A program made the translations under genes and the position numbers. From an uncultured Dehalococcoidia bacterium (lineage in GTDB: Bacteria > Chloroflexota > Dehalococcoidia > Lucifugimonadales > UBA3495), in assembly GCA_950072105.1 (NCBI GenBank), contig CATMOE010000030.1, positions 1 through 42,240 on the forward strand: a DNA stretch of 42,240 nt, written 5' to 3'. Shown here one piece after another: positions 38,004 through 42,240 of the stretch. Position 1 is the stretch's first letter, and every line of letters starts with the position of its first letter. The notes beneath the pieces are model-generated. The model saw only the letters and a program-made list of their open reading frames with translations, did no database searches and was not told where the DNA came from.

Positions 38004-39098
38004 ATGCAAGTTTCCACAGGATTCATTCACGGCTATTCGGTGGCCGATTGGCAGGACCTCACCACTTTCGCCGTGGAAGCGGAGCGGATCGGCGTCGATA
38101 GTATCTGGTCTCCCGAAGGTTGGGGATTCGACGGCGCGACTCCGCTGGCTTACCTGGCGGCCAAGACCTCCCGTATAAAACTGGGAACCGGGGTTCTCCA
38201 GATCGGGACCCGCACCCCCACCAACATGGCCATGACCGCCATGTCCCTCTACTCCATGTCCGATGGCCGGTTCCTCTTGGGCATCGGGACCAGCGGTCCC
38301 CAGGTCATTGAAGGGTTTCACGGCGTTATCTTCGACAACCCGATACAGCGGACGCGGGAAACCATCGAGATTATGAGGCAACTATTCAACGGCGACCGGG
38401 TAGCCTACCAGGGACGAACCTACCGGCTGCCGGTTCGGGAAGGCCAAGGCAAGTCGATCCGAGCCGAGGCGCCTCAGATGCCGAACATCCCGATCTACAT
38501 CGCCTCCCTAGGCCCACGGAATCTGCGTCTAACCGGGGAACTGGCCGATGGCTGGAAAGGCACGTCCTTCATGCCCGAGCATGCCGCTGTCTTCTTCGAC
38601 CACATCCAGGAAGGCGTTCGGAAGGCCGGCAGGTCCATGGGAGAACTTGACCTCCAAGCCGGGGGCACGGTGCTTTTCACCGACGACGTCGACGAGGCGG
38701 TGGGGGCGCTGAAGCCAGGATTGGCGTTCAGTTTGGGCGCCATGGGCTCCAGGGAGTTCAATTTTTACAACTCCGCCTACAGCCGCGCCGGTTATGCCGA
38801 CGAGGCGAAGAAGATCCAGGATCTTTGGATCGATGGTCGTCGTGACGAGGCCCGCAAACTGGTGCCTCCGGAGATGGTCCTCAAGTCCAATCTGATTGGC
38901 ACCGACGAAATGGTGAAGGACCGTATCCGGGCGTATCGGGATGCCGGGGTAACCACGCTGACCGCATCCTTACGTTATCGCGCCATGGGCCGCACTGGGT
39001 TAGAAGCCCCGAACTTGACGGAGCGCATCGAGGTTCTAGGCCATCTGATGGACCTAGTCAATGAGGTCAACGAGGAGCCGTCCTCCGGGCCGTGGTGA
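38004..39098 (+). CDS. LLM-class (probably F420-dependent) oxidoreductase
   Basis: IWSPEGWGFD, LGIGTSGPQVIEGFHG, SLGPRNLRLTGELADGW; SD GGAGG before ATG 38004. Confidence 0.9.
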   Translation: MQVSTGFIHGYSVADWQDLTTFAVEAERIGVDSIWSPEGWGFDGATPLAYLAAKTSRIKLGTGVLQIGTRTPTNMAMTAMSLYSMSDGRFLLGIGTSGPQVIEGFHGVIFDNPIQRTRETIEIMRQLFNGDRVAYQGRTYRLPVREGQGKSIRAEAPQMPNIPIYIASLGPRNLRLTGELADGWKGTSFMPEHAAVFFDHIQEGVRKAGRSMGELDLQAGGTVLFTDDVDEAVGALKPGLAFSLGAMGSREFNFYNSAYSRAGYADEAKKIQDLWIDGRRDEARKLVPPEMVLKSNLIGTDEMVKDRIRAYRDAGVTTLTASLRYRAMGRTGLEAPNLTERIEVLGHLMDLVNEVNEEPSSGPW

Positions 39099-39167
39099 TG
39101 GTATGGCCTCACCGGCCGGGCTAGTTTCAGACGGCACTATCGTGATAATCGCCAGAAGCGGGAAGAC

Positions 39168-40181
39168 ATGACAAACACAGTAAACCGCCAGATTCAACTC
39201 TCGGCCAGACCGGCCAACTATCCTAAAGAATCGGATTTTGACCTGGTTGAATCCCCAGTCTCCGAACCCCGCGAGGGGGAGGTACTGGTCAAAGTTATTT
39301 GGTTATCTCTGGACCCTTATCAAAGGGGACGGATGCGGGCCAGCCATCCTTATGCGACGCCTATGGAGCTGGGCCAAGTGATCGTTGGGGGTGTGGTGGG
39401 GAAGATCGTCCAGTCCCGGACCCCTGCGTTCACCGTGGGCGAGGTGGTCGAGGGACCGTTAGGTTGGCAGGAATTTGCCGTGTCCGACGGCAATAATCTC
39501 CGACGCGTGGACGCAGGTCTCGGACCCCTCTCCACGGCGCTCGGTATCCTTGGCATGCCGGGAATGACGGCCTACTTCGGCTTCTTAGAGATCGGTCAGC
39601 CGAGGCCGGGCGACACGGTAGTCGTTTCTGCCGCGTCGGGCGCGGTGGGCCAGGTCGTGGGACAGATATCCAAGATAATGGGTTGCCGTACCGTTGGTAT
39701 CGCCGGGACAGCGGAAAAGGTGGAATACCTCAAAAGCGGCCTGGGCTTTGACGCTGGAATCAACTACAAGACCGAGAACGTCGACGCCGCGTTGACCAAG
39801 GTCTGCCCACTGGGTGTGGACGTTTATTTCGATAACGTGGGCGGTGTCATCACCGACGCGGTGTTCGACCATCTGAACGTGGGCGCCCGCATATCCATCT
39901 GCGGCTCGATCTCTCAATACAACCAGGACGAGCCGGAGCCCGGACCGAGGAAGATGGGCCTACTGGTGGGCAAGCAGGCCCGCGCGCAAGGGTTCCTCGT
40001 CGGTCAATTCAGGAATCAGCATGAAGAGGGCCGTCAGCGGATCGCCGGGTGGATCAAGGAAGGACGCATCAAGTACCGGGAAGACGTGGTCGAAGGGCTA
40101 GAGAACGCCCCCGGAGCCTTCATAGGACTCATGCGCGGCGAGAACTTCGGCAAGCTGCTGGTCAAGATTTCAGAGGAATAA
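39168..40181 (+). CDS. NADP-dependent MDR oxidoreductase (CurA/YncB, prostaglandin-reductase-like)
   Basis: LSLDPYQRGRM, LGMPGMTAYFG, SAASGAVG, YFDNVGG, GENFGKLLV. Confidence 0.92.
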   Translation: MTNTVNRQIQLSARPANYPKESDFDLVESPVSEPREGEVLVKVIWLSLDPYQRGRMRASHPYATPMELGQVIVGGVVGKIVQSRTPAFTVGEVVEGPLGWQEFAVSDGNNLRRVDAGLGPLSTALGILGMPGMTAYFGFLEIGQPRPGDTVVVSAASGAVGQVVGQISKIMGCRTVGIAGTAEKVEYLKSGLGFDAGINYKTENVDAALTKVCPLGVDVYFDNVGGVITDAVFDHLNVGARISICGSISQYNQDEPEPGPRKMGLLVGKQARAQGFLVGQFRNQHEEGRQRIAGWIKEGRIKYREDVVEGLENAPGAFIGLMRGENFGKLLVKISEE

Positions 40182-40203
40182 GCGAAATAGGAATAAGCGA
40201 AAT
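40174..40203. repeat. 15-bp tandem duplication spanning a stop codon
   Basis: AGGAATAAGCGAAAT x2. Confidence 0.9.
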
Positions 40204-40243
40204 AGCCGCGGATTCCGGCTGACTCGGCAAAGGCCATCTGCCC

Positions 40244-41107
40244 CTAAGGTCCTACCCTTCCTACCCCGCCGCGAGCCCCTTCCCCGGTGAGAAAACTCTG
40301 GATGTCATTAGCGTATTTAATCTCGGAGTCGTCTTCCGGACGATACCCCAAAACCTGGCGAGCGCTGGTAAGCGACCAGAAGCTGCGGGTGTTATCGCTG
40401 ATTCCATAGACGATCAGCCACGGTATACCGTGTTCGTTATCGATGTTCGGGGTTTCGATGGCCCTGGTAAAGAGTTGTGTTAGGTCCCGGGGGCTGATAT
40501 ATGCTCCCAAGTCCCGCTTGTAACGTCCCGGGTCGCCTGGGAAATCCTCCAATCTAATCTCCCGCGGAGCTCCGATGCGCACTAGGACCACTTCCAGCTT
40601 GCGTCCGAACGTTCCGGAGGCAAAGAGGAAGCCCAGGTGCTCATAAGTAGCCTTGGCCCAACCGTAAAAGTTGTCCGACAACGGTAACCGGTAGGGGTCC
40701 AGCATTTCCAGGTCGTGGTTGTGGATCAACGCGTGCTCATACCAATCGGCGGCGTGGTTGGAACTGGCAATTACGACCCGCCTGGCGCCGGATTCGTAAG
40801 CCGAACGGTATACATTGAAGGCCATGCCGACGTTGAACTGCTCGTCGTAATAATCGTCCAAAAGCGACTCTTGGCGGCGCTTGTACCCCAGGTGCACCAC
40901 GGTGTCCACGTCTTTAAAGTGATGGGAATACTTTGAAAGGTCAGGGTCGCCCAAGTCGGTAATCTCGACGCCGGGCACTTTAAATCCTTGCCGGTCAGAG
41001 TCGTTCACGTCGACCAAGGCCATGTCATATTGGTCCTGGAAAGACGGGAGGATCTGAGAGGCGATGTAGCCGGAAGCGCCTGTAAGCAACACTTTTCGAT
41101 TAGGCAT
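40244..41107 (-). CDS. NAD-dependent epimerase/dehydratase-type SDR (uronate dehydrogenase-like)
   Basis: TGASGYIA, ASSNHA, YGWAK, YGISDN. Confidence 0.85.
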   Translation of the reverse strand: MPNRKVLLTGASGYIASQILPSFQDQYDMALVDVNDSDRQGFKVPGVEITDLGDPDLSKYSHHFKDVDTVVHLGYKRRQESLLDDYYDEQFNVGMAFNVYRSAYESGARRVVIASSNHAADWYEHALIHNHDLEMLDPYRLPLSDNFYGWAKATYEHLGFLFASGTFGRKLEVVLVRIGAPREIRLEDFPGDPGRYKRDLGAYISPRDLTQLFTRAIETPNIDNEHGIPWLIVYGISDNTRSFWSLTSARQVLGYRPEDDSEIKYANDIQSFLTGEGARGGVGRVGP

Positions 41108-41214
41108 GGTTGTGGTCTCCTAATTTAATAATCGTCGATATTCTAGCACCGGTTCGGTTCAGTGAGCGGCGAAAGGTTTGGTCTGGCGCTGCCATGGCGG
41201 ACGGGAAACGCCGG

Positions 41215-41244
41215 TTGACGGGGCTAGACGCGACAATCTATCAT
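41215..41244 (+). promoter_or_regulatory. Candidate sigma70 promoter of the selenoprotein gene
   Basis: TTGACG-N18-TATCAT. Confidence 0.45.
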
Positions 41245-41314
41245 GACGGCAATTCTCCCTGAGTGACCAGTTTTCCTAGAATAACCGATGGGATTGGCAA
41301 TAAAAGAGGCTTTT

Positions 41315-41863
41315 GTGGTATCTCAAACTGCCAACCCCGGAATGGTGATTCTCGACCCCACGTCTCCGCCCCTTGCGGTAGACGCCAGGTTGGCGGCCAG
41401 GCCGTCAGATCTGAATGGCAAAGTGTTGGGTCTTCTAAACAACAGCAAACTGAACGCAGCGAATCTCCCGGACGAGGTTGGTGAACTTCTGTCGGAACGT
41501 TATCAGTTCGCCAAAGTGATCAAAGGGTCCAAGCCAAATGCGTCCACCCCTTGCCCGGAGGCCATCGTCAAAGAGTTGGCGGCGAGCTGCGATGTGTTGG
41601 TCAAGTCCAACGGGGATTGAGGGTCCTGCTCATCGTGCAGTTTGCACGACGGTATCACCTTCGAGAAACTGGGAATCCCAACTGCGGTTCTGTGCACCGA
41701 TCCCTTTATCCCCACCGCCCGGTCGATGTCGCGCATCTTGGGGATCCCCGATTTTCACTTCGCCGTCCTTCCCTACCCTCTGGGAAGCCTGACTCCCGGC
41801 GAGATAAAAGAGCGGGCCAGAGTTGCCTTGCCTCAGGTGATTGAGATTCTCTTAGGCACCTAG
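41315..41863 (+). CDS. UGSC-family selenoprotein (UGA at 41618-41620 read as Sec)
   Basis: Two same-frame ORFs join through TGA to give SNGD-U-GSCSSCSLHDG; hairpin just downstream; SD AAGAGG before GTG 41315 (ATG 41288 is an alternative start). Confidence 0.88.
41621..41651 (+). promoter_or_regulatory. Bacterial SECIS-like element
   Basis: TCGTGCA-GTT-TGCACGA (41633-41649); the loop G at 41640 follows the UGA after a 19-nt spacer. Confidence 0.7.
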
Positions 41864-41988
41864 GATTCTTCTTAGAGCTCTCGTTTCGTAGGGGACTGTG
41901 CGCATATCATCTTGCCCGGTATTGGCAGAAACAATCCTGTTTGAGTGAGACGCCCCCTCGAACTTAGCTATTAACTTAAAGGCTGGTT

Positions 41989-42240
41989 ATGCAACAAGAG
42001 CAACTTGTATCGGAGCGAGTTCACGTAGATGACCCGGGCAACGTCATTGAGTTCTACTACGAAAAGGGCTGGACCGATGGCTTGCCGGTTGTCCCGGCCA
42101 CTGAAGAGCGGGTCCGGCAGTTCTTGTCGGCCTCGGGACGGTCGCCCAGCGATGTCGTCGGCGTGGTGCCGACCCGGGGCAGAGTTATAACCGCTGAAAA
42201 AGTAGCCATCAACGCGGTGATGGCCGGTTGCCGGCCCGAA
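41989..42240 (+). CDS. UGSC-associated conserved protein, truncated by the window edge
   Basis: Not in the ORF track. Manual translation: MQQEQLVSERVHVDDPGNVIEFYYEKGWTDGLPVVPATEERV...EKVAINAVMAGCRPE. Confidence 0.8.
   Translation, partial: MQQEQLVSERVHVDDPGNVIEFYYEKGWTDGLPVVPATEERVRQFLSASGRSPSDVVGVVPTRGRVITAEKVAINAVMAGCRPE

Noticed and set aside
39168..40181. Prostaglandin-reductase-like gene as part of the oxylipin cluster
   Set aside because: It lies about 25 kb away and belongs to a very common bacterial family.
12497..41620. Genome-wide UGA reassignment (code 4 or 25)
   Set aside because: Several clearly complete genes end at TGA (19554, 25863, 27039, 32551, 37990).
1154..41844. Numerous antisense and alternative-frame ORFs in the track (e.g. 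3357-3962, 35585-36202, 36800-37438)
   Set aside because: They overlap well-supported genes, lack motifs, and are typical shadow ORFs of GC-rich DNA.

Overview
GC-rich bacterial window. The gene content (three luciferase-like monooxygenases, five family III CoA-transferase genes, two HpcH/HpaI aldolases, a GMC oxidoreductase and a large AAA-LuxR regulator) fits SAR202-type Chloroflexota (Dehalococcoidia); this is inferred from gene content, not a marker gene. The left ~16 kb is an accessory, partly decayed region. It holds AT-richer orphan ORFs, a 5'-truncated AAA-LuxR gene with an internal stop, a secreted protein with three 22-aa repeats, and a candidate oxylipin-like cluster (TPR-fused alpha-dioxygenase-type heme peroxidase with an in-frame TGA, an atypical P450, and a fatty-acid desaturase coupled to a lipoprotein). 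The middle and right carry catabolic genes, ppdK and a REP-like palindrome cluster. At the right end a selenoprotein gene, split in two by the ORF track, reads through UGA at a UGSCxxC motif with a SECIS-like hairpin; its motif spacing matches GrdB/PrdB reductase selenoproteins and a conserved partner gene follows. No rRNA, tRNA, CRISPR array or intact transposase was seen. All family calls come from motif recognition; no database searches were run.
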